Source: Escherichia coli
GTDB taxonomy: Bacteria > Pseudomonadota > Gammaproteobacteria > Enterobacterales > Enterobacteriaceae
Reading direction: 5' to 3' (one strand)
Assembly: GCF_003334335.1 (NCBI RefSeq)
Contig: NZ_QOWQ01000012.1
Length of the DNA: 64,000 bases
The position numbers and the translations under genes are program-made. Under the pieces are notes generated by a model. The model saw only the letters and a program-made list of their open reading frames with translations, did not search any database and was not told the DNA's origin. This document shows positions 47,741 through 60,535 of this stretch, in pieces (the first letter of the stretch is position 1; every line of letters starts with the position of its first letter).

Positions 47741-49027
47741 ATGAAGATAGCGACGATAAAAACTGGGCTTGCTTCACTGGCGATGCTTCCGGGACTGGTA
47801 ATGGCTGCACCTGCGGTGGCCGATAAAGCCGACAATGCGTTTATGATGATTTGTACTGCGCTGGTGCTGTTTATGACTATTCCGGGGATTGCCCTGTTTT
47901 ACGGTGGGTTGATTCGCGGCAAAAACGTGCTGTCGATGCTGACGCAGGTGACGGTGACATTTGCACTGGTCTGTATTCTCTGGGTGGTTTACGGTTACTC
48001 GCTGGCGTTTGGTGAGGGCAACAACTTCTTCGGCAACATTAACTGGTTGATGCTGAAAAACATCGAACTGACGGCGGTGATGGGCAGCATTTATCAGTAT
48101 ATCCACGTGGCGTTTCAGGGATCGTTTGCCTGCATTACCGTCGGCTTGATAGTTGGGGCGCTGGCGGAACGAATCCGCTTCTCAGCTGTGTTGATTTTCG
48201 TGGTGGTATGGCTGACGCTCTCTTACATTCCGATTGCGCATATGGTGTGGGGCGGTGGTTTGCTGGCTTCTCACGGTGCGCTGGATTTCGCGGGTGGCAC
48301 CGTGGTGCACATTAACGCCGCAATCGCCGGTCTGGTGGGCGCGTATCTGATAGGAAAACGCGTGGGCTTCGGTAAAGAGGCGTTTAAACCGCACAACCTG
48401 CCGATGGTCTTCACCGGGACTGCCATTCTCTATATCGGTTGGTTTGGCTTTAACGCCGGGTCAGCGGGCACGGCGAATGAAATCGCGGCACTGGCATTTG
48501 TGAATACTGTGGTCGCAACGGCGGCGGCAATTCTTGGCTGGATCTTCGGTGAATGGGCGCTGCGTGGTAAGCCTTCACTGCTGGGGGCGTGTTCTGGCGC
48601 GATTGCCGGTCTGGTCGGCGTGACGCCAGCCTGCGGCTACATTGGGGTTGGCGGCGCGTTGATTATCGGCGTGGTAGCTGGTCTGGCGGGCTTGTGGGGC
48701 GTTACCATGCTCAAACGCTTGCTGCGGGTGGATGATCCCTGCGATGTCTTCGGTGTGCACGGCGTTTGTGGCATTGTCGGCTGTATCATGACCGGGATTT
48801 TTGCCGCCAGCTCGCTGGGCGGCGTGGGCTTCGCTGAAGGTGTGACGATGGGCCATCAGTTGCTGGTACAGCTGGAAAGCATCGCCATTACGATCGTCTG
48901 GTCCGGTGTTGTGGCATTTATCGGCTACAAATTGGCGGATCTGACGGTTGGTCTGCGTGTACCGGAAGAGCAGGAGCGAGAAGGGCTGGATGTCAACAGC
49001 CACGGCGAGAATGCCTATAACGCGTAA
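47741..49027 (+). CDS. amtB: ammonium channel AmtB
   Basis: 428 aa; signal peptide, 11 TM helices, conserved pore His residues; follows glnK by 29 nt. Confidence 0.97.
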   Translation: MKIATIKTGLASLAMLPGLVMAAPAVADKADNAFMMICTALVLFMTIPGIALFYGGLIRGKNVLSMLTQVTVTFALVCILWVVYGYSLAFGEGNNFFGNINWLMLKNIELTAVMGSIYQYIHVAFQGSFACITVGLIVGALAERIRFSAVLIFVVVWLTLSYIPIAHMVWGGGLLASHGALDFAGGTVVHINAAIAGLVGAYLIGKRVGFGKEAFKPHNLPMVFTGTAILYIGWFGFNAGSAGTANEIAALAFVNTVVATAAAILGWIFGEWALRGKPSLLGACSGAIAGLVGVTPACGYIGVGGALIIGVVAGLAGLWGVTMLKRLLRVDDPCDVFGVHGVCGIVGCIMTGIFAASSLGGVGFAEGVTMGHQLLVQLESIAITIVWSGVVAFIGYKLADLTVGLRVPEEQEREGLDVNSHGENAYNA

Positions 49028-49044
49028 CAAGCACTGCAAAAAAC

Positions 49045-49077
49045 AGCCGGACGGTTTTCACCTCCGGCTATTTTTTT
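49045..49077 (+). terminator. intrinsic terminator of glnK-amtB
   Basis: Stem AGCCGGA / TCCGGCT with 11-nt loop followed by seven T residues; the T-run overlaps the tesB stop codon. Confidence 0.7.
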
Positions 49078-49936
49078 AATTGTGATTACGCATCACCCCT
49101 TCCTGAACGGTCGAGGCAACCAGTACGCCGTCTTGGGTATAAAACTCACCGCGCACAAAGCCACGTGCGCTGGACGCCGAGGTGCTCTCCACGCTATACA
49201 GCAGCCATTCATTCAAATTAAACGGGCGATGGAACCACATGGAATGGTCAATGGTGGCAATCTGAATCCCCGGTTCGAGAAAACCGATGCCGTGCGGCTG
49301 TAGAGCTACCGGCAGGAAGTTAAGATCAGAAGCGTAACCGAGCAGATACTGATGAACGCGCAGGTCATCCGGCACGCTACCATTTGCGCGGATCCACACC
49401 TGACGATGTGGTTCTGCGACGTGACCTTTCAGTGGGTTATGAAACTCCACCGGACGGACTTCCAGCGGACGATCGCAGATGAATTTATCTTTCAGCACTG
49501 GCGGCAGCAGGTGCGCCAGCGATTGGGCGATTTGCGTTTCCGAAGGTAGGCCATCAGGCGCTGGCGCGGACGGCATTGTTTTTTGATGTTCGAAACCCGC
49601 TTCTGGTGCCTGGAAAGAGGCAGTCATATAAAAAATCGGTTTGCCGTTTTGAATAGCAGCAACCCGGCGGGCGCTGAAGCTGTTACCGTCACGCAGCGTT
49701 TCGACATCATAAATAATCGGCTTCTTACTATCGCCAGGGCGAAGAAAGTAGCTGTGAAACGAATGTACCAGCCGCTCTTCAGGGACGGTCTCTTTTGCAG
49801 CATACAAGGCCTGACCCACGACCTGGCCGCCAAACACCTGGCGTAAACCTAAATCTTCACTCTGGCCGCGAAAGAGTCCTTCCTCAATTTTTTCCAGATT
49901 TAACAATGTCAGTAAATTTTTTAGCGCCTGACTCAT
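49076..49936 (-). CDS. tesB: acyl-CoA thioesterase II
   Basis: Internal ATG gives 286 aa starting [24 protein letters not shown]; double hotdog fold. Confidence 0.95.
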
Positions 49937-50153
49937 ATAACTCTCCAGTAACAAAGCTGCCGCAGCAAGCCAAAGTGAGTTGAGTATAACGCAAATTTGC
50001 TACTGGTCTGATGGGTGCAATGGTCTGAATTACGGGCTAATTACAGGCAGAAATGCGTGATGTGTGCCACACTTGTTGACGTTACTATTTTGTTAACCAC
50101 TCTTCCGGCGAGGAAAGTTAGCCCGCTGGTGCATTGATAATAAGGAGAAATGA

Positions 50154-50726
50154 ATGAAACTCGTGCACATGGCCAGTGGTTTAGCGGTTGCGATTGCGTT
50201 GGCGGCTTGCGCAGATAAAAGCGCGGATATTCAGACGCCAGCACCGGCTGCAAATACGTCTATTTCAGCAACACAACAACCAGCTATCCAGCAACCGAAT
50301 GTCTCCGGTACCGTCTGGATCCGTCAGAAAGTCGCACTGCCGCCTGATGCTGTGCTGACCGTGACACTTTCTGACGCGTCGTTAGCCGATGCACCGTCAA
50401 AAGTGCTGGCGCAGAAAGCGGTGCGTACTGAAGGTAAACAGTCACCATTCAGCTTTGTTCTGCCATTTAACCCGGCAGATGTTCAGCCGAACGCGCGTAT
50501 TCTGTTGAGTGCGGCGATTACCGTGAATGACAAACTGGTATTTATCACCGATACCGTTCAGCCGGTGATCAACCAGGGCGGAACTAAAGCCGACCTGACA
50601 TTGGTGCCGGTACAGCAAACCGCCGTGCCGGTTCAGGCCAGCGGTGGCGCAACGACTACCGTACCTTCGACTTCACCAACTCAGGTGAATCCGTCTTCGG
50701 CAGTTCCAGCTCCTACGCAATATTAA
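50154..50726 (+). CDS. ybaY: lipoprotein YbaY, function unknown
   Basis: 190 aa; signal peptide with lipobox LAAC; Ala/Pro/Thr/Gln-rich low-complexity linker regions. Confidence 0.9.
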   Translation: MKLVHMASGLAVAIALAACADKSADIQTPAPAANTSISATQQPAIQQPNVSGTVWIRQKVALPPDAVLTVTLSDASLADAPSKVLAQKAVRTEGKQSPFSFVLPFNPADVQPNARILLSAAITVNDKLVFITDTVQPVINQGGTKADLTLVPVQQTAVPVQASGGATTTVPSTSPTQVNPSSAVPAPTQY

Positions 50727-50734
50727 GCGACGTT

Positions 50735-50758
50735 AACCCTCTCCGCCCGGAGAGGGTT
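50735..50758. terminator. hairpin at the ybaY/atl convergent junction
   Basis: Near-perfect palindrome AACCCTCTCCG-cc-CGGAGAGGGTT overlapping the atl stop codon; no clear U-tail on either strand. Confidence 0.4.
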
Positions 50759-51146
50759 AGTAGTTCCAGCGATAACGCTGCAAGTCGATTTGCCCGCTTC
50801 CCGATACCATCACACCTTCTGCCAGTAATGCCTGTCGCTGACGCTGTAAATCCGGTCCGGTTAGCGAAATTGTGCCGTGGCGATTAACCACCCGGTGCCA
50901 GGGTAAGGTGCTGCCTTCAGGGAGACGCTTTAACACACCGCCCACCTGGCGCGCGGCGCGGGGCGATCCCGCCAGTTTCGCCACATCACCGTAAGTGGTG
51001 ACATAGCCTTCGGGAATAGCGGCGACGATTTGCCAGACGCGTTGGGGAAATGAATCTTCTTTTTCCATCTTTTCTTCCTGAGGTAATTTTTCAGCATAAT
51101 CTGGAAAAACGCCCGAGTGAAGTCGCATTGCGCAAGAAACCAGCAT
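50757..51146 (-). CDS. atl: alkyltransferase-like protein (inactive O6-alkylguanine-DNA alkyltransferase homologue)
   Basis: Internal ATG gives 129 aa starting MLVSCAMRLHSGVF; motif PWHRVVN has Trp where the catalytic Cys of PCHRV sits in Ogt/Ada; formerly ybaZ. Confidence 0.9.
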   Translation of the reverse strand: MLVSCAMRLHSGVFPDYAEKLPQEEKMEKEDSFPQRVWQIVAAIPEGYVTTYGDVAKLAGSPRAARQVGGVLKRLPEGSTLPWHRVVNRHGTISLTGPDLQRQRQALLAEGVMVSGSGQIDLQRYRWNY

Positions 51147-51222
51147 CTGGCACGCGATGGGTTGCAATTAGCCGGGGCAGCAGTGATAATGCGCCTGCGC
51201 GTTGGTTCTCAACGCTCTCAAT

Positions 51223-51336
51223 GGGGGCTCTGTTGGTTCTCCCGCAACGCTACTCTGTTTACCAGGTCAGGTCCGGAAGGAAGCAGCCAAGGCAGATGAC
51301 GCGTGTGCCGGGATGTAGCTGGCAGGGCCCCCACCC
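51223..51336 (+). ncRNA. ffs: 4.5S RNA, the signal recognition particle RNA
   Basis: 114-nt sequence GGGGGCTCTGTTGGTTCTCCCGCAACGC...GGCAGGGCCCCCACCC recognised in full, including the conserved SRP domain IV segment GGTCCGGAAGGAAGCAGCCAAGGCAG. Confidence 0.97.
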
Positions 51337-51446
51337 ATTTCTGCCTCCCACCGTTTCGTCAAAAAATCCCAACATGGCTAAACTTTAACCACAACTGACG
51401 TCGCAAGAATTGTCTGGCTGCGCAGTACGCTTCGGAGGTATGTCTG

Positions 51447-51800
51447 ATGAAGTATGTTGATGGTTTTGTGGTTGCCGTTCCTGCCGATAAAAAGGATGCC
51501 TATCGGGAAATGGCCGCTAAGGCTGCGCCATTGTTTAAAGAGTTTGGCGCGCTTCGTATTGTCGAATGCTGGGCCAGCGATGTACCGGATGGCAAAGTGA
51601 CCGATTTTCGTATGGCGGTGAAAGCGGAAGAGAATGAAGAGGTTGTCTTTAGCTGGATTGAATACCCTTCAAAAGAGGTCCGCGACGCTGCTAATCAAAA
51701 GATGATGTCGGACCCACGGATGAAAGAGTTCGGCGAGTCCATGCCGTTTGACGGCAAGCGAATGATCTATGGCGGATTCGAGTCAATCATCGACGAATAG
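51447..51800 (+). CDS. ybaA: DUF1428-family protein YbaA, function unknown
   Basis: 117 aa; sequence recognised (MKYVDGFVVAVPADKKDAYREMAAKAAPLFKEFGA). Confidence 0.9.
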   Translation: MKYVDGFVVAVPADKKDAYREMAAKAAPLFKEFGALRIVECWASDVPDGKVTDFRMAVKAEENEEVVFSWIEYPSKEVRDAANQKMMSDPRMKEFGESMPFDGKRMIYGGFESIIDE

Positions 51801-51841
51801 GTAGCGTGACGGGCTGTGCGGCGTGCCGTCAGCCCAAAAAT

Positions 51842-53398
51842 TCACAAATGTTGCTCGGCCCAGCGTAAGAAATCTTCTTTCGGTAATGCCTTGCTGTAGA
51901 GCCAGCCCTGACCGTAGTGCACGCCATGCTGGCGTAACCACTCTTCTTGTTTACTGGTTTCGATTCCCTCCGCTACCATTTTCAGTTTCAGTGTTTTTGC
52001 CATTTCGATGATATGCGGCGTGACATTTTTATATTCCAGCGCATCAACGAAAGATTTATCGATCTTCAGAATGTCGACATCCAGATCCTGTAAATAACTT
52101 AAACTTGAATACCCCGTACCAAAATCATCAAGATAAATTTCATGGCCCGCCTCCCGGTAGCGAGAAATTATCGGGGCGCTGGTTTTCGGATCGGCAAACT
52201 CGCGTTCAGTGAGTTCAAGCGCGATCTGTCTGGGATTAACCTGATAGTGATTGATCATGTCACGCAGCAATTGCGGGATTTTTTCCGAGGTGAGCACGGG
52301 GGATTCAAGATTGATCGAAATATGCTGCTGTGGATGCTGACGCAGCCAGTCGCCCATATCTTCAAAGACGCTTCTTATAATCAGTAGCGTCAATGGCTCA
52401 GAAAGGCCCGTTTGCTGTGCCAGCGGAATAAAACTATCTGGTGACAACCAACTACCGTCTGTCTGCGGCCAGCGCGCCAGTGCCTCAGCACCGACAATTT
52501 TGCCATTGGCTAAGGAGACAATCGGCTGATAGTGCACGCAAATATCACGATTTTCGATAGCATCCTGCAGCCGATGATGCGGTGACTGAATACGGCGCAA
52601 AATACGCAGCACAAACATCGCTGCCAGCAGGCCAATCACCAACCCGAGCGGTAACCAAATAAAGACTTGCCGATGCCAGCCTTTCTGCAACATTTTCGTT
52701 GAAGCCCATGTGATGATCGAAATATTCATCTCCGGTAAGGGCAGGATATCGTAAATGATTCCATTATTTTCGATATGCTCACCGGGTGTTTTTTGTAGCC
52801 TGGTAATAATTCCCTGAGCAATTTCATCGCTGCTGGTTATGACAACGTTATGGACATTGCCAATAATGGCGGCATCAATTTGCCATGAGCTATAGGGAAT
52901 GACATCAATAAAGGAAGCGGGGTCGATCATGACGACATAATGTGCCGTTCCCATGGCGACCATGTAACGGATAATGCCTAAATCGTTATGCGATGTTAAC
53001 CAGACACGATAACCATCTTTCGAAATTTTACCTGGCTCGGGGAAGGTATCGGGCGGACTTTCATGCTCCAGAGACGAACACTGGGGAACGTTGTTATCGA
53101 TATAAGCCACTTCCTGAATATAGCGATAACTGTAAGATACCCGACGCATTTCCATGAGATGGGCTTCGCTACAGGCAGCGCCTTGCCATCTTTCCAGCTC
53201 CTGCAGCGCATCTTTCCCTTGTGTCGCCACCTTATTGGCTCGAATAGCGACGCGGGAGGAATAGGTATCCAGCTCTTCAATAAACGATGTTTCTACCTGC
53301 TGATGGGCCAGCCAGATGCTTAAGCCGACAGGCAGCAATACTGAAAGAATCAGTACTCCCGAAATAAGGCCGACCAGATGTCGTGTTCTCACCAGCAT
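51842..53398 (-). CDS. pdeB: CSS-motif-domain c-di-GMP phosphodiesterase
   Basis: 518 aa from the ATG at 53396-53398 (the annotated start may be the GTG two codons in, giving 516 aa); N-terminal TM, periplasmic domain with CSEAH...PQCSSLEH (CSS motif), second TM, C-terminal EAL domain (GAEALARW, YLDDFGTGYSSLSYL); formerly ylaB. Confidence 0.92.
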   Translation of the reverse strand: MLVRTRHLVGLISGVLILSVLLPVGLSIWLAHQQVETSFIEELDTYSSRVAIRANKVATQGKDALQELERWQGAACSEAHLMEMRRVSYSYRYIQEVAYIDNNVPQCSSLEHESPPDTFPEPGKISKDGYRVWLTSHNDLGIIRYMVAMGTAHYVVMIDPASFIDVIPYSSWQIDAAIIGNVHNVVITSSDEIAQGIITRLQKTPGEHIENNGIIYDILPLPEMNISIITWASTKMLQKGWHRQVFIWLPLGLVIGLLAAMFVLRILRRIQSPHHRLQDAIENRDICVHYQPIVSLANGKIVGAEALARWPQTDGSWLSPDSFIPLAQQTGLSEPLTLLIIRSVFEDMGDWLRQHPQQHISINLESPVLTSEKIPQLLRDMINHYQVNPRQIALELTEREFADPKTSAPIISRYREAGHEIYLDDFGTGYSSLSYLQDLDVDILKIDKSFVDALEYKNVTPHIIEMAKTLKLKMVAEGIETSKQEEWLRQHGVHYGQGWLYSKALPKEDFLRWAEQHL

Positions 53399-53555
53399 AT
53401 CCTTATTAACACAGTGTAGGGAAAGTATATCTGATTGTGGAAAAAGGCTGGCTGGAGATAAGGAGGTAGAGCTGGTATTTCATGAAGTGATGGGTGGAAA
53501 CGATCATTGTCATTTGACCAGGCGCAGAGCTTTACGCCTGGTATGTAACCCTAAC

Positions 53556-54026
53556 TTAAGATGTTGATTCGGCGCGAGCGAGGGTAAAAATATCGTAAAA
53601 AGACAGTTCACCTTTACGGACGATCATTTTTTGCAGTTGTTCCTTATGAACATCCGCGACACGCGGAGAGTTCAAGATGGCTTCAACCAGCGCGGCAGGT
53701 ACAAAGCGCGTGTTGTACCATTCGCCGTTATAGCAAACGCGGAAATCCAGCACGTCGATATCTTCATAGCGGTAGCGTGGGTAGACATCGAAAAAGAAGA
53801 AACCATTAAGCAGGATAAATAATACAACCAGTAGCCAGACAGAGCCTGACAGCGTTTCGGACTGCAACATCACCGCCAGGGTGGCAAAAAAAGCAACGTA
53901 CATACCGATAAACAGCCCCGGATGTTTACGGATAAAACTGATACTAAAGCGGGGTTTGTTGTCGCGTTTTTCGCGGGTATTCAGAGACTCAATCGTTTCG
54001 GTCAGCAGGCGTTGTATTTCGGTCAT
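53556..54026 (-). CDS. ylaC: inner-membrane protein YlaC, function unknown
   Basis: Internal ATG gives 156 aa starting [28 protein letters not shown]; two predicted TM helices. Confidence 0.88.
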
Positions 54027-54141
54027 CGTTTGCCTTCGTGGTATCTGCAACTTTCCAGGGAACACCCTATTTTAACGTGGGAATAGTAGAGGGGAAGTAA
54101 CAGATCTACCACAATTTTGCATAACAGTTGCGAAAAACCGA

Positions 54142-54693
54142 TTACAATTTTTTAATTATTCTGGCTGGATTACCGCCCACGACAACGTTGTCCGGGACAT
54201 CTTTTGTGACAACTGCACCTGAGGCTACCACGACGTTATCACCAATGGTCACACCAGGGTTAATGACCGCGCGTCCGCCAATCCAGACGTTATTACCGAT
54301 GGTGACGGGTTTCCCCAGTTCAGCACCGCTATTACGTGCTACAGGGTCGATGGGATGTGTTGCCGTGTAGATATGAACGCCTGGTGCCAACATACAGTTA
54401 TCACCGATGCGAATAGGGCAGACATCAAGCATCACGCAATCGAAGTTGGCGAAAAAATTATTACCGAGAAAAATGTTATAGCCATAGTCACAGCGAAACG
54501 TTGGCTCAATATAAGCCTCTGTCACCTGACCGAATAGATCAGCGAGAATTTGCTGGCGTAATGTGTGCTCTTCCGCCAGGGAATGATTGTATCGGTGAAT
54601 AAGCTGACGAGCGCGCAGGCGATCGCGAGATAACGTCTCATCTGCCGAGCGATACAACTCACCAGCAATCATCTTTTCTTTTTCTGTGCTCAT
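54142..54693 (-). CDS. maa: maltose O-acetyltransferase
   Basis: 183 aa; left-handed beta-helix hexapeptide repeats ([45 protein letters not shown]). Confidence 0.95.
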
Positions 54694-54864
54694 TACTGAC
54701 CTCCGGTTGCTGAAAATGCGGCAACACAGTAAGACGAAAAGTCAGTGAAGAGAACGTTCCCATTACATCTGTGTGATAAAGATCACATAGGGTATGTCTT
54801 CATGGCGAAAAAGTATAAAATTCTTAATAAACAGCCGGTTATAGCTCCGAAAGCGAATTATTTA

Positions 54865-55083
54865 TTAGCGAATAAATTTCCATACTGAGGAAGGGATCTT
54901 GTCGTACAGTTTATTCATGGTCAATTCGGCGAGGCGGTGATCTGCGGCTGAGTAAAATACCGCCAGTTCATTATCTGATAATTCGTATTTATTTTTCTCG
55001 ATAACACGCTCCAGCGTGTCAATTGTCTGGCAACGACGTAAACGCATTAAATAATCGGTTTTCGTTAAAGGTTTTTCGGACAT
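54865..55083 (-). CDS. hha: haemolysin expression-modulating protein Hha (H-NS co-regulator)
   Basis: Internal ATG at 55081-55083 gives 72 aa starting [27 protein letters not shown]; the supplied 154-aa ORF is an artefactual 5' extension. Confidence 0.93.
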
Positions 55084-55108
55084 ACTTCTACCTATGGTTG
55101 TAATAATT

Positions 55109-55483
55109 CTAACAAGATAAACTCGCAGGATTCTCTTTCGTCGCATTGACAAAACAACGGAATAGTCGATTACCTGACTTCCGCCATTTCTGAAGATCCT
55201 GCATATTAATACCATAACTACTGAACAACATAAAGGTGTCATCCAGATATTCGTCGATCTGCTCAATGAGCTTATTGTCTTCATTATACTTAATTTTGTA
55301 ATTAAGTGCGAAGGTCGCAATATGCTCAATCAGTTCATTCAACTGGAGGTTGATCGCCGAGGTTGGGTCGTTTACCCAGCCATGATTGCTTTCTTCAAGG
55401 TTTGCAAGGCAGTCATGATACAGGGTTTCACAGAGAAACTTAAGCTGTGCGATATCATGTCTTTTGGGTGAGTATTCATCCAT
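55109..55483 (-). CDS. tomB: Hha toxicity modulator TomB
   Basis: 124 aa; sequence recognised ([31 protein letters not shown]); directly upstream of hha; formerly ybaJ. Confidence 0.93.
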
Positions 55484-55983
55484 AACGCGTCCCCTTCTTA
55501 GCGGTTGAACTAACGGACACCTTTCGGGATGGAAAAAACTTACTGACCTGGACTTGCCCTCTCGTTTGTTAGCTTAACTATAAGCCACTCTTTGCAGGTT
55601 TTCATCGCATTATTACGAAAAATTACAATTAGGAAGGAAGCGGGACAGGACTCATTTTTTCATACTAGCACTAACCCGCAGCAGGTAAAAGCAGTTTGCT
55701 CGAACTATTCATAACATTTCAGGATTATCGCCAGATGAAATTGGTGACACTAATACCAGGATTGCTCTGAATATGACGTAATAACCGAGGAATGAATAAA
55801 GAATTACCGCAAATAATTAAGAATAGCCTCTAAATGATTATGGATTATTAAATCTATTAGCGCTACTTAATATAAATTAACTAACAATCAGTATTTTTTA
55901 TGAATTTTATCCGTGGTTAATACTGGTTTTCGTATGAGATCCTGAGTTGGTGGTTCAATTACTCCTTAATGTTCGTAGGTTAT

Positions 55984-56010
55984 GCATAAAAAAGGCCGCT
56001 TACGCGGCCT
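55984..56010 (-). terminator. intrinsic terminator of acrAB
   Basis: Stem AGGCCGC / GCGGCCT with loop TTAC; on the minus strand it is followed by a U-run (A-run at 55985-55992), 19 nt past the acrB stop. Confidence 0.8.
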
Positions 56011-56028
56011 TAGTGATTACACGTTGTA

Positions 56029-59181
<3,153 letters not shown>

Positions 59182-59200
59182 TTAACGGCTCCTGTTTAAG

Positions 59201-60394
59201 TTAAGACTTGGACTGTTCAGGCTGAGCACCGCTTGCGGCTTGCTGGTTATTATCAGCGGTAACTTCTTGTGCTTTTACCTGGACACCAGGACGCACTTTC
59301 TGCAGCCCACTTATTACTACGCGATCGCCTGCTTTCAGACCTTCTGTCACCAGCCACTTATCGCCAATAGCCTGGCTTGCAACGATCGGACGGGTTTCCA
59401 CTTTGTCATCCGCGCCAACTACCAGTACGGTGGCATCGCCACGCGGCGTACGGGTTACGCCCTGTTGCGGGACTAAAATAGCGTTTGGATTAAGCCCTTC
59501 TTCCAGACGTGCGCGCACGAACATACCCGGCAGCAGAGTGTGATCCGGGTTCGGGAAGATAGCGCGTAGGGTGATAGACCCAGTGGTCTGATCAACGGTA
59601 ACGTCAGAGAATTCCAGCGTACCGTCCTGCGGGAACTTAATGCCGTCACTGGTGATCAGTGACACTTTGGCTTTGCCGTTCTCTTGTTTCAGCGTGCCAT
59701 TCGCCAGTTCCTGTTTCAGGCGCAGGAAGTCGTTGCTGGACTGGGTCACATCAACGTAGATCGGATCAAGTTGCTGCACGGTTGCCAGCGCAGTCGCCTG
59801 ACCGTTCTGTACCAATGCGCCTTCCGTCACGTTCGACTTACCAATGCGACCGCTAATCGGAGAGGTGACTTTGGTGTAAGCCAGATTGATCCGCGCAGTT
59901 TCAACGGCAGCTTTCGCCGCAGTTACCGCAGCATTCGCCTGTTGCGCATCAGCCAGAGCCTGATCGTACTCTTGCTTACTGATGTACTGAGTACCGAGCA
60001 GTTTCTGATAACGATTCACCGTCAATTGCGCGATATTGGCTGCAGCCTGGGCTTTCGCCAGATCACCTTTCGCACTGTCGTATGTCGCCTGATAGGTCGC
60101 AGGATCAATCTGATAGAGAGAGACACCTGCTTCGATGTCGCTACCTTCTTTGAAATTACGCTTCAGGATAATCCCGCTAACTTGAGGACGAACTTCTGCG
60201 ATCCGGTAGGCACTGGTGCGACCCGGAAGCTCGGTTGTGATCTGCAGAGGTTCAGTTTTGACTGTTACTACGCCAACGGCGGGCATCTGCTGGCCACCTT
60301 GTTGGGCCTGTTTGTCGTCACATCCTGTTAGGGCTAAGCTGCCTGAGAGCATCAGAACGACCGCCAGAGGCGTAAACCCTCTGTTTTTGTTCAT
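59201..60394 (-). CDS. acrA: RND efflux periplasmic adaptor lipoprotein AcrA
   Basis: Internal ATG gives 397 aa starting MNKNRGFTPLAVVLMLSGSLALTGC with lipobox LTGC. Confidence 0.97.
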   Translation of the reverse strand: MNKNRGFTPLAVVLMLSGSLALTGCDDKQAQQGGQQMPAVGVVTVKTEPLQITTELPGRTSAYRIAEVRPQVSGIILKRNFKEGSDIEAGVSLYQIDPATYQATYDSAKGDLAKAQAAANIAQLTVNRYQKLLGTQYISKQEYDQALADAQQANAAVTAAKAAVETARINLAYTKVTSPISGRIGKSNVTEGALVQNGQATALATVQQLDPIYVDVTQSSNDFLRLKQELANGTLKQENGKAKVSLITSDGIKFPQDGTLEFSDVTVDQTTGSITLRAIFPNPDHTLLPGMFVRARLEEGLNPNAILVPQQGVTRTPRGDATVLVVGADDKVETRPIVASQAIGDKWLVTEGLKAGDRVVISGLQKVRPGVQVKAQEVTADNNQQAASGAQPEQSKS

Positions 60395-60483
60395 ATGTAA
60401 ACCTCGAGTGTCCGATTTCAAATTGGTCAATGGTCAAAAGTTAATAAACCCATTGCTGCGTTTATATTATCGTCGTGCTATGG

Positions 60484-60507
60484 TACATACATTCACAAAT
60501 GTATGTA
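60484..60507. promoter_or_regulatory. AcrR operator (24-bp perfect inverted repeat) in the acrR/acrAB divergent promoter region
   Basis: TACATACATTcacaAATGTATGTA read directly; matches the known AcrR operator palindrome; 29 bp upstream of acrR. Confidence 0.8.
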
Positions 60508-60535
60508 AATCTAACGCCTGTAAATTCACGAACAT

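Noticed and set aside
51050-51388. 112-aa ORF (and nested 60-aa ORF at 51117-51299) between atl and ybaA
   Set aside because: Overlaps the 4.5S RNA gene ffs (51223-51336); the region is explained by the ncRNA and its promoter.
54865-55329. 154-aa ORF containing hha
   Set aside because: The 5' extension overlaps the tomB coding sequence in another frame. Hha is the 72-aa protein from the ATG at 55081-55083.
55484-56028. Possibility that the AT-rich tomB upstream region is a horizontally acquired remnant or prophage scar
   Set aside because: No direct repeats, att-like sequences or integrase or transposase fragments are present; AT-richness is typical of H-NS-bound promoter regions.
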